A DNA stretch of 64,000 nt from Neoconidiobolus thromboides FSU 785 (taxonomy: Eukaryota > Fungi > Entomophthoromycota): positions 1 to 64,000 of the forward strand of contig MU626321.1 in the NCBI GenBank assembly GCA_025603075.1. The letters are read 5' to 3'. The notes under the pieces are model-generated. The model saw nothing but the letters and a program-made list of their open reading frames with translations. It was not told the origin of the DNA and did not search any database. Positions 12,368 to 25,001 of the stretch are shown piece by piece (positions within the stretch are counted from its first letter, which is position 1; each line of letters begins with the position of its first letter). Made by a program: the position numbers and the translations under genes.

Positions 12368-13602
12368 TTAAGAAAAAAGATTGATCCCTGCTAACTCCTT
12401 AACTACATAATCATGGGCCAACATCTTAGGATATTTCTCTGAATTAAACGAATCATACTCTTTAAGCTGAGAAATAGGCTCCATAAATTTATCCGATTGA
12501 ATGTGATTAAACAAAGTAGAAGAAACTCTCCATAAAGACCTCTTTTCGTCTTTAGCCTTCTGAATCGCTTGAATAGTTCCGTCATTGACAATCACCTCAT
12601 GATAACCTGCCTTAATGACACCCCCAGTGACCCATTCAAATTGTTTACCAGCTTGTACTAACAAATAACCATCTGGTACCTTAACTGGTACTTTCTCAAA
12701 GTTATTTCTTGCCCAAATATTTAAGCCTGGGAAGCGTGATTTTCCATGGATCGTTAAAAAGCAAAGGTCGTAATGAAATCCAGCTAAAATAGTGTCTTTT
12801 TTATTATGTTCATTAAGGTTTGAGCCAGTTGGTGAGAGAAGATGAGCACCGTCCCTAATAAGGTCATAGAAAGTATTCATAGGTAGCTCGAAGCCAAGTG
12901 CAGCTAACTGCGAGATGCTAGCTACGGCTTGATGCATCAAATTACCCCATTCATCCATTACCTTTTCCCAAGTTGGAAAGCCTAGTAATTTTTTAAAAAA
13001 TATTAATTATTAATCTCCGCTTTATTTATTTTACCTTTTGGCACTACTTGCTCCGACTTCAACAGCTTGAGCTCTTCATTCTTATTTGAGTTGCCGATTC
13101 TCCAGGCATAACGCCATTTTGGGTCTGGCCCACTGCTTGTCAATGGTCGACTCTCTATAGGTAACTAATAACCAAGATTAGTTTTCTCATTTCTTATCTC
13201 TAAAAACATATTTTAATTACTTTCTCAATGATCTCTTGACAAGCTGCATCTGTTTTACATCTTGGGTCTTCAGTAGAGGGTGGGGTAACGCCAACCTGAT
13301 ATCCTACCTCTGGCCTTGCGTCCTCCATCACTTTTTCAGTACCTTGATCATAGTAGCTTTCCACTAAGTTTAAAAACTCCTGGTTTTTAAATTCGCTAAC
13401 ACGAGGATCTTTTACTACTAAACAACCATAGTTTATAAGGGCTTCTTTAACCTAGAAACGTGAGTTGGACTGTTTTAAATTTTAGTTATATTTAAACTAC
13501 CTTTTTAGCCTCTTGAATACTATCTGGACTATTTGGATCATTTAAAAATGCGTCCAAGTTAATGATAGGCAGTGTTGATAACATACTATTCGCTGGCGAC
13601 AT
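12368..13602 (-). CDS. 2-oxoglutarate/Fe(II) dioxygenase (isopenicillin N synthase-like), 4 exons (13602-13501, 13451-13221, 13164-13035, 12981-12368), ~358 aa
   Basis: Manual splicing gives MSPANSMLSTLPIINLDAFL...; HYD and a distal H (GYHEV) iron ligands; RVS 2OG-binding motif. All three GT-AG introns keep the frame. Confidence 0.88.
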
Positions 13603-14131
13603 GATTGTATTTGAAATTAAAATTAAAATGAAAAGGAAAGAAAGATTTATTGGAATTTTATTTAAAAGAATAAATCGAAAAATGAGTTTGATGTATTCTT
13701 TAAAATATAACTTATTAAATGATATTTGCTATGTTTTAAAATTCAAAACCTGCTTACTCCGAGATTTAAGTTTACCTTATTTAGTATATTTGCTTAAAAA
13801 TTGCAATTTTTATTTTTTGACAAGATCCTAAAATGGGTTACTTAGGAAATAACTCTATCAAAGTCCACTGTTTTTACATTGATTTAAATATAGTAACCTT
13901 ATAATATAATTAAACTATTTACAATTTGCTATGCTATATATTAAAAGAAGAAAAGAACAAACTTTCAAACCTAGTTTTGATAATTATTTATTATAACGTA
14001 GTGTTCAGTAGCTTGTATAAAGTGCCCAGACACTTAGAATTTGACTATTGTAAAATTGGATTAGTTTTAGATTAGCTATTATAAATTTCCAACATAATGC
14101 CAAATCAAGTGAAAAAAGTATTTTAAACCCC

Positions 14132-14236
14132 AAAGGGGGATATGTTTCTTGTTTAAGAATTTTATTACAATCTTTCACTTAAATAGCACCTAAAAAATGG
14201 AAAAATAATGAAACCAAAAAAAAACAACCCCAAATA
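14132..14236 (+). mobile_element. mini-TIR element, copy 3
   Basis: GGGGGATATG...TTTAAGAATTTTATTAC...CACTTAAATAGCACCTAAAAAATGGAAAAATAATGAAACC...ACCCCAAATA. Confidence 0.8.
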
Positions 14237-14733
14237 TTAAATTATAAAAGGATAAGTCTATAGCACCTAAAAAAACATTGTACTAATTCCACAAACGACT
14301 GTTTGTTTTTGGATATACTTATAAGAAGTATTATCTTGATCACGGGAAGATTGCTTATAGTCAATTAAGTGGAAGAAATATGTTTAATAAAATATATTTA
14401 CATTTAAGGTTAGAAGGCAAAGCTTTTTAGCCTATCTTTAAAGAACGAAGTGGAAGCTGCTTAATGTAGTACTATCTTCACTGTCAATAGGCTTTATACT
14501 CAAGATTTAATTTTTGTTTAATATAAATAATCTAACACTTACTCTTTTAGATTAGAACTTATCGCTCTATTATTTTTTAAATAGTAGTTTGAATATTAAA
14601 CCTCGTAATATATTTAAAACAAATAATATTACATGTATTTATTTTTAGATAGAAAAGTACTCTGAAGTTATTTGTGATCGATCTTAAGGAAGTCTTTGGA
14701 ACATTTTAAAGTATAGATTACTATTTTTCAACA

Positions 14734-14835
14734 ATATGGGGATGTGTTTTTTTTAAGGATTTTACTAACAACGTTTTCACTCAGATAGCGCTCAAAAAAT
14801 CGAAAAGTAATGAAATCAAAAAAACATCCCCATAT
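14734..14835 (+). mobile_element. mini-TIR element, copy 4 (perfect 12-bp TIR)
   Basis: ATATGGGGATGT at 14734 and ACATCCCCATAT ending at 14835 are exact inverted repeats. Confidence 0.85.
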
Positions 14836-15657
14836 GTTATTAGATATCTTATTGAAAAATTGAAGAATTAAATGATTCAAATATATTTTGAGAAGAACGT
14901 TTAATTTAAAGTTATTAACTTCAAGTACTTTCCATATATTTGAATTAATGATCTTTTAATTTGACAAGTTGTATTCTACTAATTCACAAGCTTAATCGAA
15001 TAAATAATGATGATAATCATTATCAAAATCAAAGTTGGTTTTATACTTTGGCTTAAACAATCCACCTTTGAAATACTACGTATTTACTATCAAAGTGAAA
15101 TCCTTTTTATTTTAACATTAAACATTAAATACATTCCCATTGACAATTCCGTAACAGTTATACAGTCATAGTATTTAAGCTTTTTGTACTCAAAGCATCA
15201 ACATTAGAATTTTTTATAATAATTTCCAGATTTGGATAAATAATTTTATTTTTTTATCGAAATGAAACTGATGTGATTTAATTTGTATTTTTAATCAATA
15301 GTACTCGTAATAATAAATGATTTATTTTTATATAGAGATCAAGATTATTTTATGAAGATCTCTAAAAAATAAACGAGTTATCATTTAATCCTCTGAAGAT
15401 AACAAGAAAAATTTAAAGATGATGTGAAGGATTTACTGCAAATAACATTAAGCTCAGCAGAAATTTGTTATTAACATCTATCCTAAAACTTAACCTTGAT
15501 CAAAGTTAAGGTAAAGCATAAAAGCAGAATAAAAAAGGCATTTGTATAAAAAAAAATATAAGCTAAATAGTGAGCTGTGAAAAAAGATAAAAGACAAAAG
15601 AAATAATAGAAGTAGGAGAGCATTAAATATTACCAATATTAAAACCCAACCTCAAAA

Positions 15658-17014
15658 ATGCTATTTAACAACCTACCCGCCTATTCAGGCCCATATAAAG
15701 TAAGCTGTAGGGATATTGAGTACAACTTAAACATAACACGAAATATTGACCAAGATGGCAGTGTGCTATTGAGAATTTGTTATCCTTCTGAATCCAACAA
15801 ACTATACAATCAATTAATGAATTGGGCTCCTTATCCTAGTAATATGTATATGAGAAGTAACGTTTTAAAATAACTGTTTACCGCTATGCTAATCTTGCTT
15901 AATAGGCTTTTTAGATTATCTCAAGATACCAACTACAATTAGTGACCCATTGGTCAATTATTTGTATGGTCATCCTAAGCAGGGAAGTTACGTATCGGAT
16001 GGCAGTGATTTGTTGAAAAGGATTGATCAATTTCCAGTTGCTTTTTTTAGTCACGGATTAGCAGGTGCACGTACACTTTACTCAGGAACCTGCGGTGAGT
16101 TGGCAAGCCACGGTATTGTTGTAGCGGCTATCGAACATCAAGATGGATCAGCAGCCTATTCATATAGGTCTAGTAAACCTCAAGAGCTGAGATATAAGAC
16201 TCCGGATGGGAAGGAAGGTAGTCCAGAAAACTTATTATTCCGGCAAAAACAGATAATATTGAGAAAGAAGGAACTTAAAGATGCATTGAAAGTATTAGAG
16301 TTGTTAAATCAAGGCCAATTGAAAAAGGAAGGATTATATATACCAGATGAAAAGGATAGTGAATGGCAATACTTAAAAGAGTTGAATAAGAATAAAGATG
16401 AAAGAGAATTTTGGTTTGATGGGTTATCTGGGTTTAAAAACAGATTAAATTTCAAAGAAACATATCTTTTAGGCCATTCTTTTGGTGGTAGTACTGTATT
16501 AGAAATACTGAAAGAAAAGGATAATCCCTACAAATTAGGAATTGTATTTGATCCTTGGATGTATCCAGTAACTAATGGTACCATTACTAAACCCAATTTA
16601 GGGATCCTTACGGATGCATTTTCCAAATGGCAGCCAAATTACAATGAAACTTTGAAGTTATTACAAACCAATGATGATAACCAAGTGTTTGTTCTATTAA
16701 ATTCTATGCATTATCATCAGTCTGATGTACCTGCTTTGGTAGAAAATGCACTCCCTTTTTTGCGAAATGTCATGCCTTTGATGGAACATGTGCTCCCATT
16801 GTTGCAAAGTGAGCTCCGTTTAGTTCAAAAACTGTTTCCTTTTTCTAAACTTTTGTCTATATCAGCAAAACAAGCTTTAAAAGATAATGTTAATGCAGCT
16901 CTTAAATTTATTGAATTACACATGGATCCCAACTTAAAGCAAAACTTAAAGTTGAATATAATAGACAACTTAAATGATAACACCAGATTTATTTCAATTA
17001 ATAAGAAAATATAA
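15658..17014 (+). CDS. PAF-acetylhydrolase-like alpha/beta hydrolase, paralog 1 (exons 15658-15856, 15906-17014)
   Basis: FSHGL, GHSFGG nucleophile elbow, DPW and HQSD motifs as in the Lp-PLA2/PAF-AH II family. The phase-1 intron joins the two ORFs in frame. Confidence 0.9.
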
Positions 17015-17204
17015 ATTATCAAAATAAAAACTTGATTCGAATTCACAAGATTCTTAAACTGATTCAATTACTTTCAAATATTTACAAGATTCATCCATCT
17101 TGATTTAAAATTAATGAGGCATAGTTGCAACATTGACTATATTTTTTACAGCTTCTTACATAGCACTTATAATACAAGCTAATTATGAAAAAATATTAAA
17201 TACT

Positions 17205-17235
17205 GTTTTGATTTTGATTTTGATTTTGATTTTTG
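17205..17235. repeat. (ATTTTG)n microsatellite
   Basis: TTTTGATTTTGATTTTGATTTTGATTTTTG. Confidence 0.7.
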
Positions 17236-17529
17236 TCGCTAAAAAAAAGTTCGAAAATGTGTAAAAAGGAAGAAAGAGCTTTAATGTTATATTCATAATT
17301 TGACTTGCTACTAAAGATATAATAAATACATACAAATGCCTTTTTTATCGATTTGTCCATTTCTATAAAGCACCTAATTTTAAGGAAAATCAGCCAAATG
17401 TACAAACATAAAAATATCCTACGATTTCTAAGTTAGACTATTCAGTACTTTATTATAGCAATTCTAAATTCATATAATATTAAAACATGTTTTAAAAATA
17501 GTAGCAATTTACTAAAGAAATTGTAATAA

Positions 17530-17632
17530 TAGTGGGGCTGTTTTTTTTGGTTTCATTATTTTTCCGTTTTTTAAGTGCTATTTGAGTGGAAAATTTGTTA
17601 GTAAAATTCTTAAACACAAAAATACATCCTCA
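17530..17632 (-). mobile_element. mini-TIR element, copy 5
   Basis: TAGTGGGGCTG...TTAAGTGCTATTTGAGTGGAAAATTTGTTAGTAAAATTCTTAAACACAAAAATACATCCTCA. Confidence 0.8.
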
Positions 17633-18128
17633 GTCCTATTTCTAAATCAAAGCTTTTTTATTTTGGATTAAGAGAATCCAGGTTTGCATCACATAGATAA
17701 GCTATAAAAAAGCCCCCCCAACCATACTCTTTAGTTAAGTTGGTATTCCATAGAGCTACAATAAAGATACATTACAACCGTAAACTCTTATATTCACCAA
17801 TTTTTTATAACATAATCATCACCTTTGAAGGATCTTTTAAAATAATTTTCTAAATTTAGAAAATTGGTTTTTCTATATTTTTGTCAAAACGAAACAATAG
17901 AATTTTAATTTAACTTTTCAATTTACAATATTGGTAATAATAAAGGCAAACTAATAGAAAAATGAATTATGTTTTTATCAAAATTAACTTTACAAAAGTA
18001 AAGATCGATAAAAGAGATAAAGGGGTAATCATGTAATTGACATTGAATAATTAGAAATAATTTTGGAGATATAAAAGCTCCCTAAAAAATAAAACAGATT
18101 GAAATAAAATAAAATTTTAGTTATAAGA

Positions 18129-19496
18129 ATGTTATTAAACAACCTACCAGCCTACACAGGTCCTTATAAGGTAAGCTGTAGAGATATTGAGTATAACCTG
18201 AATATAACTCGAATCTCAAAACAAGAAGATAGCGTATTATTAAAAATTTACTATCCTTCAGAATCCAATAAACTATACAATCAATTGGCTGAATGGGCTC
18301 CATACCCTAATAAACGATATATGAGAGGTAACATTCTATCACAGATAATGTCCTTTATATAACAATCCCACTCAATAGGCTATTTGGATCAGACGAAAGT
18401 ACCAAGTATGATCAGTAAATCATTGCTTTATTTTTTAAACGAACAACCTAGGCAGGGAAGTTATATATCAGATGGCAGTGATTTATTAAAAGATGTTGAT
18501 GAATTTCCAATCGCCTTGTTTAGTCATGGAAAACTAGGTTCACGTACTTTGTATTCAGGGACCTGTGGAGAGTTGGCAAGCCACGGTATTGTTGTAGCAG
18601 CTATTGAACATCGAGATGGATCAGCAGCCTATTCATATAGGTCAAGTAACCCTAAAGAAGTGATATATAAGCATTCGAAGGGGAAGTATGGTAGTCCAGA
18701 AAATTTATTATTCCGGCAAAAACAGATGATGTTAAGGAAAAACGAGATTAAAAATGGATTGAAAGTATTGAAAATGTTAAATCAAGGACACTTGAAAAAA
18801 GAAGGAATGTATTTACCAGATAATAAGGATAAAGAATTTATGTTTTTGAGAGATTTAAATAAAGACAAGGAAGGGGAGTTTTGGTTTGATGGGTTGTCTA
18901 GGTTTAAAAACAGATTAAATTTCAAAGAAACATATCTTTTAGGCCATTCTTTTGGTGGTAGTACTGTATTAGAAATACTGAAAGAAAAGGATAATCCCTA
19001 CAAATTAGGAATTACATTTGATCCTTGGATGTATCCAGTTACTAGTGAGATTGTAACTAAACCTACTTTAGGGATCCTTACGGATGCATTTTTTAAATGG
19101 AAGCTGAATTACGATAAAGCACTAAACTTGCTTCAAACCAATGACGATAGTCAAATGTTAATCTTATCAAATGCTACACATTATCATCAAACCGATGTAC
19201 TTGCTCTAGTGGAAAACGTACTCCCTTTATTGGAAAATGCACTCCCTTTAATGGGACAGGGGGCCTCCTTAAATAGACCTTCACCTATATCGGCGAAACA
19301 AGCATTAAAGGATAATGCTAAGGCAGCCCTTAAATTTATTGAATTGCATATGGACCCTGACTTAAAGCAAAATTTAAAATTAGATATAACAGATAATCTA
19401 AATGACAATACTAAATTTACAATAGTACAAAATGGTCTCCCAAGATTTTGTAAACTTGAAACAGTATTTTCAATTGTATGTCTAACGAAGCAATAA
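18129..19496 (+). CDS. PAF-acetylhydrolase-like hydrolase, paralog 2 (exons 18129-18327, 18379-19496)
   Basis: Same exon structure as paralog 1; GHSFGG, DPW and HQTD motifs. Confidence 0.9.
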
Positions 19497-20556
19497 AACG
19501 ATCAAGGGACTTAATAGAGATATATAGGATTTCCAAGTTTACTCAGTTACTTTCAAATATTTACATACCTACCACCTCAATTCAAAGCTATAGAAGCATA
19601 TTCTATACACTCGTCTAAGTTCAATATAAAATATCTAGTAAATCATAATAATTAAAGTATCATTAAACTCCTCTTATGTTTTTAAATTATTTTTCAAAAG
19701 TCTTTAAAATCTATTATTTATTCGACAAATTTATGCATAATTTATTTAACAGTATATTAACTTTATTGAACATCAACTTATTATTATTAAATCAGGATGA
19801 TCGGTTTGATTTTCCACAGAATCTTTTACACTATCATCTTCAAATCTATCTCTGCTCCACTACCTCTTGATGTCCTTTTCCTTGAATGGAAATCCTTCAT
19901 GATAAAAGAAGCTTTCCATGCCTCCACTATTGCACTGAAATTCCCTAGTATTGACTAAAGATATAGACTTATTTTTCAGTTTGGTAATGCTAGATTGAAT
20001 TCCTTGTTTCTCTTCCATTTCTTCTGTAATATCTTTTATACTCCAAAATAAATCCACTGGTTATTCAATTGAATTGATACATTTAGAAAAACAAAACAAT
20101 CTCTTGATTTAATAAATTATTTAATAATAAAGCAATTCTATACCCATATAATTTTGATAGATATTGTAGAAATAATATCAATATAAACACATTCATTTTA
20201 ATTTAATTTAATTTATTATGTTTCATCGTAATAGTCATTATTACGTTAATAGATCGAATCGTATTATTTTTTATTGAATTTAATTAAATAAATCGCAATA
20301 GTGCTTTTTGTTTTTAAAATTATAATGAATTTTACGTTTTAGATTACAACTTCAAGTTTAAAGTCATAGAAACAAGATGATTCTAAAGTCAAATCATACT
20401 AGCTCCGAGATTATCTTTTACTATATGTAACTCTACTATTACTTCTAAAGCTATCAAATACTATACTGACAATAATCTTTCTTTAGATTCAAATATTTAA
20501 TTTTTTTATTTTATCAAGATGAAACAACAAAATTTAATTTAATTTTTCAACTTAAA

Positions 20557-20560
<4 letters not shown>

Positions 20561-20590
<30 letters not shown>
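20561..20590. repeat. (AAT)n microsatellite
   Basis: About 9 AAT units upstream of paralog 3. Confidence 0.75.
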
Positions 20591-20591
<1 letters not shown>

Positions 20592-20778
20592 GATAGATTG
20601 TGTTTCTATTGAGATCAAAATTTTATTTTATGAAGATCAATAAGAGAAGGGCAGTAATTGTATAGTTACTAATAGATAGATATAAAAAGACTTTCAAAAT
20701 ATTTAAAAGCATATAAAATAATTAACTATTATTCGAGAAATATTAAGAAAATCTTTAATAAAAAAAGTCATCACAAAA

Positions 20779-22054
20779 ATGTTAGTTAATAATCTACCTG
20801 CTTATTCAGGCCCATACAAAGTAAGTTGTAGGGACATTGAATATAACTTAAACCTAACTCAAAACATATATCAGCAAGAAGATAGTGTGTTATTAAAAAT
20901 TTATTACCCTTCAGAATCAAATAAGTTATACAATCAATTAACCAAGTGGGCTTCTTATCCTGAAAATCGATATTTGAAAGGTAATATTATTAAAACTTAA
21001 TTATCCTAACTAACATAATAACTTCAATTAAATAGGTGTCTTGGATTATATCAAAGTGCCGAGTATAATTAGTAAGCCATTGATTTATTTCTTAGCTGGT
21101 CAACCCAAAACAGGAAGTTATATATCGGATGGTAGTGATTTGTTAAAAGATATTGATGAATTTCCAGTAGCTTTATTTAGTCATGGATTAGCAGGTACAC
21201 GTACCTTTTATTCAGGGATTTGTGGAGAATTGGCAAGCCATGGGATTATAGTAGCAGCTATTGAACATCGAGATGGTTCTGCTGCTTATTCCTATAGGGG
21301 CGAGAACTCAAAAGGATTGAAATATAAGTTTCCAGAATGGGAAGAAAAAAGTAAAGAGGATTTATTGTTTCGTCAAAATCAACTATTAATGAGAAAGCAA
21401 GAGACTAAAAATGGATTAAAAGTATTGGAAATGTTAAACCAAGGAGAGTTAAAAAGGGAAGCATTATATTTACCAGATAAAAAGGATAAAGAATTTCAAT
21501 ATTTAAAGAAATTGAATGAAAATAAAGAAGAGAAAGAGTTTTGGTTCAATGGATTATCTAAATTCAAAAATAGATTAAATTTGAAAGAAAATTATCTTTT
21601 AGGTCATTCATTTGGCGGTGCAACTGTATTAGAATTATTGAATGAAAAAGATAACCCTTATAAAATTGGAATTACATTTGATCCTTGGATGTATCCAGTT
21701 ACTAGTGATAATATAACAAGACCTACTTTAGGAATCATAACAAATGCTTTTTATATATGGAAAATCAATTTTGATTCAACTCTTAAATTATTTAGAACAA
21801 ATAATAATAACCAAATGTATATTCAATTAAATACCAAACATATTCACCAATCTGATGCTCCCTCTTTATTAGAAAATTTTGTATCAAAATTTAAAAAATT
21901 GAAAATATCACCAAAACAAGCTTTAAGAGACGATGCTAATGCGGCCCTTAGTTTTATTGATTTATATATGGATACTGACTTGAAAAGAAAGTTAAAATAT
22001 AATATAAAGGGTAATTTAAAAGATTCTACTAAGTTTACTTCAGTAGCTATATAA
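20779..22054 (+). CDS. PAF-acetylhydrolase-like hydrolase, paralog 3 (exons 20779-20980, 21036-22054)
   Basis: Same intron position; FSHGLAG, GHSFGG, DPW and HQSD motifs. Confidence 0.9.
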
Positions 22055-22654
22055 TAAGTAAGATAAAAGAATCGATTTAGATTTTTAAAATTTTGAGTGT
22101 AGGATAACTGAGTAGTTAGCGTTAAAAAGTTATCTGCTTTTTTATCTTAGAAAAGTCTATGAAGCGTCTTGTAAAGATTCAACTTGATCCACTAATAACC
22201 CATAGGTTTGATAAGCAGATCTCTTTTAAGATATAGCTTTGATTAATGATAACTTTTAATACTAGTGAAGTATTTACTACTGTTTTAAATATTATAATCA
22301 TCAAATAAACTGTTTTGTGAATAAATCTTTTAAAAGACATAATTTTTCTTCTCAAAAAAAGTATCCTCATAAAGTAGTTGCTCTAAGGTGATAATGAATT
22401 CTCTTATCTTTTTTTCATTATTAATCTATTATTTCTTAATATTTTGGATGTAATTACTTTTAAAAAATGACATAATACCAAATAAATAAGACAAATTATG
22501 TTTTTATTGAGGTCAAGGCTATCAACACGAAGACCACTAAGAAGGGTGGGTGAAGTTATTAATTGTATAATAATTATTAAATAATCAAAACACATAAATA
22601 AAGCAATGAAAGCCAATCAAAGAAAAAAGTCAGAAAAAATAAAATTAATTTTTA

Positions 22655-22761
22655 ATATAGGGATGTATTTTTTTGTTTAAGAATTTTATTAATGACCTTT
22701 CCACTTAAATAGCGCTTAAAAAATGGAAAAACTGATGAAACTAGGAAAAACATTACCGTAT
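22655..22761 (+). mobile_element. mini-TIR element, copy 6 (left arm of palindrome)
   Basis: ATATAGGGATGT...CCACTTAAATAGCGCTTAAAAAATGGAAAAACTGATGAAAC. Confidence 0.85.
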
Positions 22762-22864
22762 GAGGCTGTTTTTTTTAGTTTCATCAGTTTTTCCATTTTT
22801 TAAGCGCTATTTAAGTGGAAAGGTCATTAATAAAATTCTTAAACAAAGAAACATACTTCTATAT
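22759..22864 (-). mobile_element. mini-TIR element, copy 7 (right arm of palindrome)
   Basis: 22776-22847 is the exact reverse complement of 22672-22743. Confidence 0.85.
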
Positions 22865-24100
22865 GCTACTAAACAACTTGTCCACCTACATAAGTCCTTA
22901 TAAGGTAAGCTTTAGAGATATACAATACAACTTAAACATTATATAAACCCCATAAAAAATGATAATCTATTATCAAGGTTTTAATATTCTTCATAATCTA
23001 TCAAACTACATAATTGATTAGTTAATTGGGCGCCCTATCCCGATGATTGATATATGAGAGGTAATATTATGCTATAGATATTGCTTTTTATGTACCGATT
23101 CATCTTAATAGGCTTATTAGACTACTTCAAATCACATACTATGATCAGTAATTCACTGATTCATTTCTTAGTCACTCAATCAAAGATTATTAGTTATATA
23201 TCAGATAGGAGTGATTTATTAAAAGATATTGATAAGTTTCTAACTACTTTATTTAGTCATGGTTTAGTAAATATACGCACTCCTTACTTGAAAATTTGCG
23301 AGGAGATTGGAAACCATGATATAGTTGTTGCCATTGAATATCAAGATGGATTAGCAGTTTTCTCTTATAAAGGTGGTGGATATAAAGTAGTAGAACATAA
23401 GTTTTTCCACTAGGATGAGAATTAGTTCAGAAAATTTATCACTTTATCAGAATCAAATATTGATGAGGAAGAAAGAGACTAAAAATAAATTTAAGTTATT
23501 CGAGTTATTAAACCAAAGTGAGTTAGTAAAATAAGAATTATATTTAATAGATGAGAAAGATAAAGATAAAGATAAAGAGTTTCTATTTTGAAAGATTTAA
23601 ATAAAGGCAAAAAGGAAAATGCGCTTTGTTTTAATTCTTTAGTTAGTTTTAAAAATAGATTAAAGATGGAAGAGACTTATCTATTAGGTCATGTATCATT
23701 CATTTGGCGATGCTACTCTCTTAGAATTACTGAATGAAAAATAAAATCCATATAGGTTAGGAATTGGGTTTGATTCCTAGATGTATCCGGTTACAAATGA
23801 TACTATTACTAAACCCACTCTAAGTATCATTAGCGAATACTTTTATAAATGACAATTAAATTATGACAAAACATTGAAATTATTTAAAGTAAATAATGAA
23901 AATCAATTATTTATTCAATTGAATGCTTATCGTTTTCATCAATCCGATAGACTTTCTTTAATAGAAGATGTAGCCTCTTCTGTTATAACTTTGCCAATAT
24001 CTTCAAAGCAAGCATTGAGGGATGATGGTAATGTAGTTCTTAAATTTATCAAGTTTTATAAATGCATAATCTAAAACGAAAATTGAATTTAAGTATTACG
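22863..24100 (+). pseudogene. PAF-acetylhydrolase-like paralog 4, pseudogene
   Basis: Starts MLLNNLSTYISPYKVSFRDIQYNLNII then TAA. A 7-bp insertion disrupts the GHSF nucleophile motif (ggtcat-gtatcat-tcattt, ~23688). DPW became DS-stop (TAG) and KWQ became K-stop-Q, with further stops and frameshifts. Confidence 0.9.
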
Positions 24101-24172
24101 GATAAGTTATGTGATAAAAGATAAATTTACTAAAATGAATGAATAAGAAAGAAAGAAAGTTGTTTAAACTTA

Positions 24173-24277
24173 TATATGGGAGTGTTTTTTGGCCTCATCG
24201 CTTTTTTCATCTTAAGTGCTATTTGAATGGAAAATTTGTTAGTAAAATTCTTAAACACAAAAATACAGCCCCATATA
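24173..24277 (-). mobile_element. mini-TIR element, copy 8
   Basis: TATATGGGAGTG...TTAAGTGCTATTTGAATGGAAAATTTGTTAGTAAAATTCTTAAAC...AGCCCCATATA. Confidence 0.8.
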
Positions 24278-25001
24278 GTATTTTAGACATAGGATGCCCT
24301 ACTTATAGTGATATAAAAATTAGGTCAACTCATTAATAACCTATAAATCTGATATATACCTTCTCTTTAATTTTTCCGATCATGTATTACTTAAATAATA
24401 TAACATATAATTTCAATCAAAGCTATAAAGTTAAGTTTTTATCATTGGTTTTAAATACTATAGCTGTTAAATATAAGCTACTTCACTAAATTTTTTAGAA
24501 AGTAGTTATTTAATTGAGGATTTAAAAAGTTGATCGAATAGAAATTTTATCAAATCTTGCTATAAAACAAGCTATCTATAATTTTAAAAGCTTGAAAATA
24601 TAATATAAATTTGATTAAGTATAGAAACTATCAGGTATTAAAATTTTAATTTTTTAAATAATTTTATATAAAAATTGAATTAAAATACTAAGAGCTAAGA
24701 GTTCAAATGATATTATAGCATTTACACTAAGAATATCAACTAAAGGTTATCTCACTTACATAGATAAAATCCAAAATATCTAAGAATTAACTTTGCACTT
24801 TGAAAAGAGAATGAAATCATACTTTTTAAATCTACCAATTAATTTCAAATAAATCCAAAATAGACCAATAATCTAAGGATAATTTGTTAAAAAATTCACT
24901 TTCATACTGCGTAACAAAATATAGAAAATTAATAAAAACTCAATAAATAAGTAAAATATTAATGTTTTCAAATTTTAATAAATTGAATTCAATTCTAAAA
25001 A

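Noticed and set aside
8079-24100. ATPase, dioxygenase and hydrolase array as a biosynthetic gene cluster
   Set aside because: No backbone enzyme (PKS, NRPS, terpene synthase) or pathway regulator. Adjacency alone is not evidence.
22863-24100. RIP as the cause of the paralog 4 decay
   Set aside because: The stops arise in mixed contexts (TGG to TAG and TGG to TGA) along with indels. No consistent CpA to TpA bias is demonstrable by eye.
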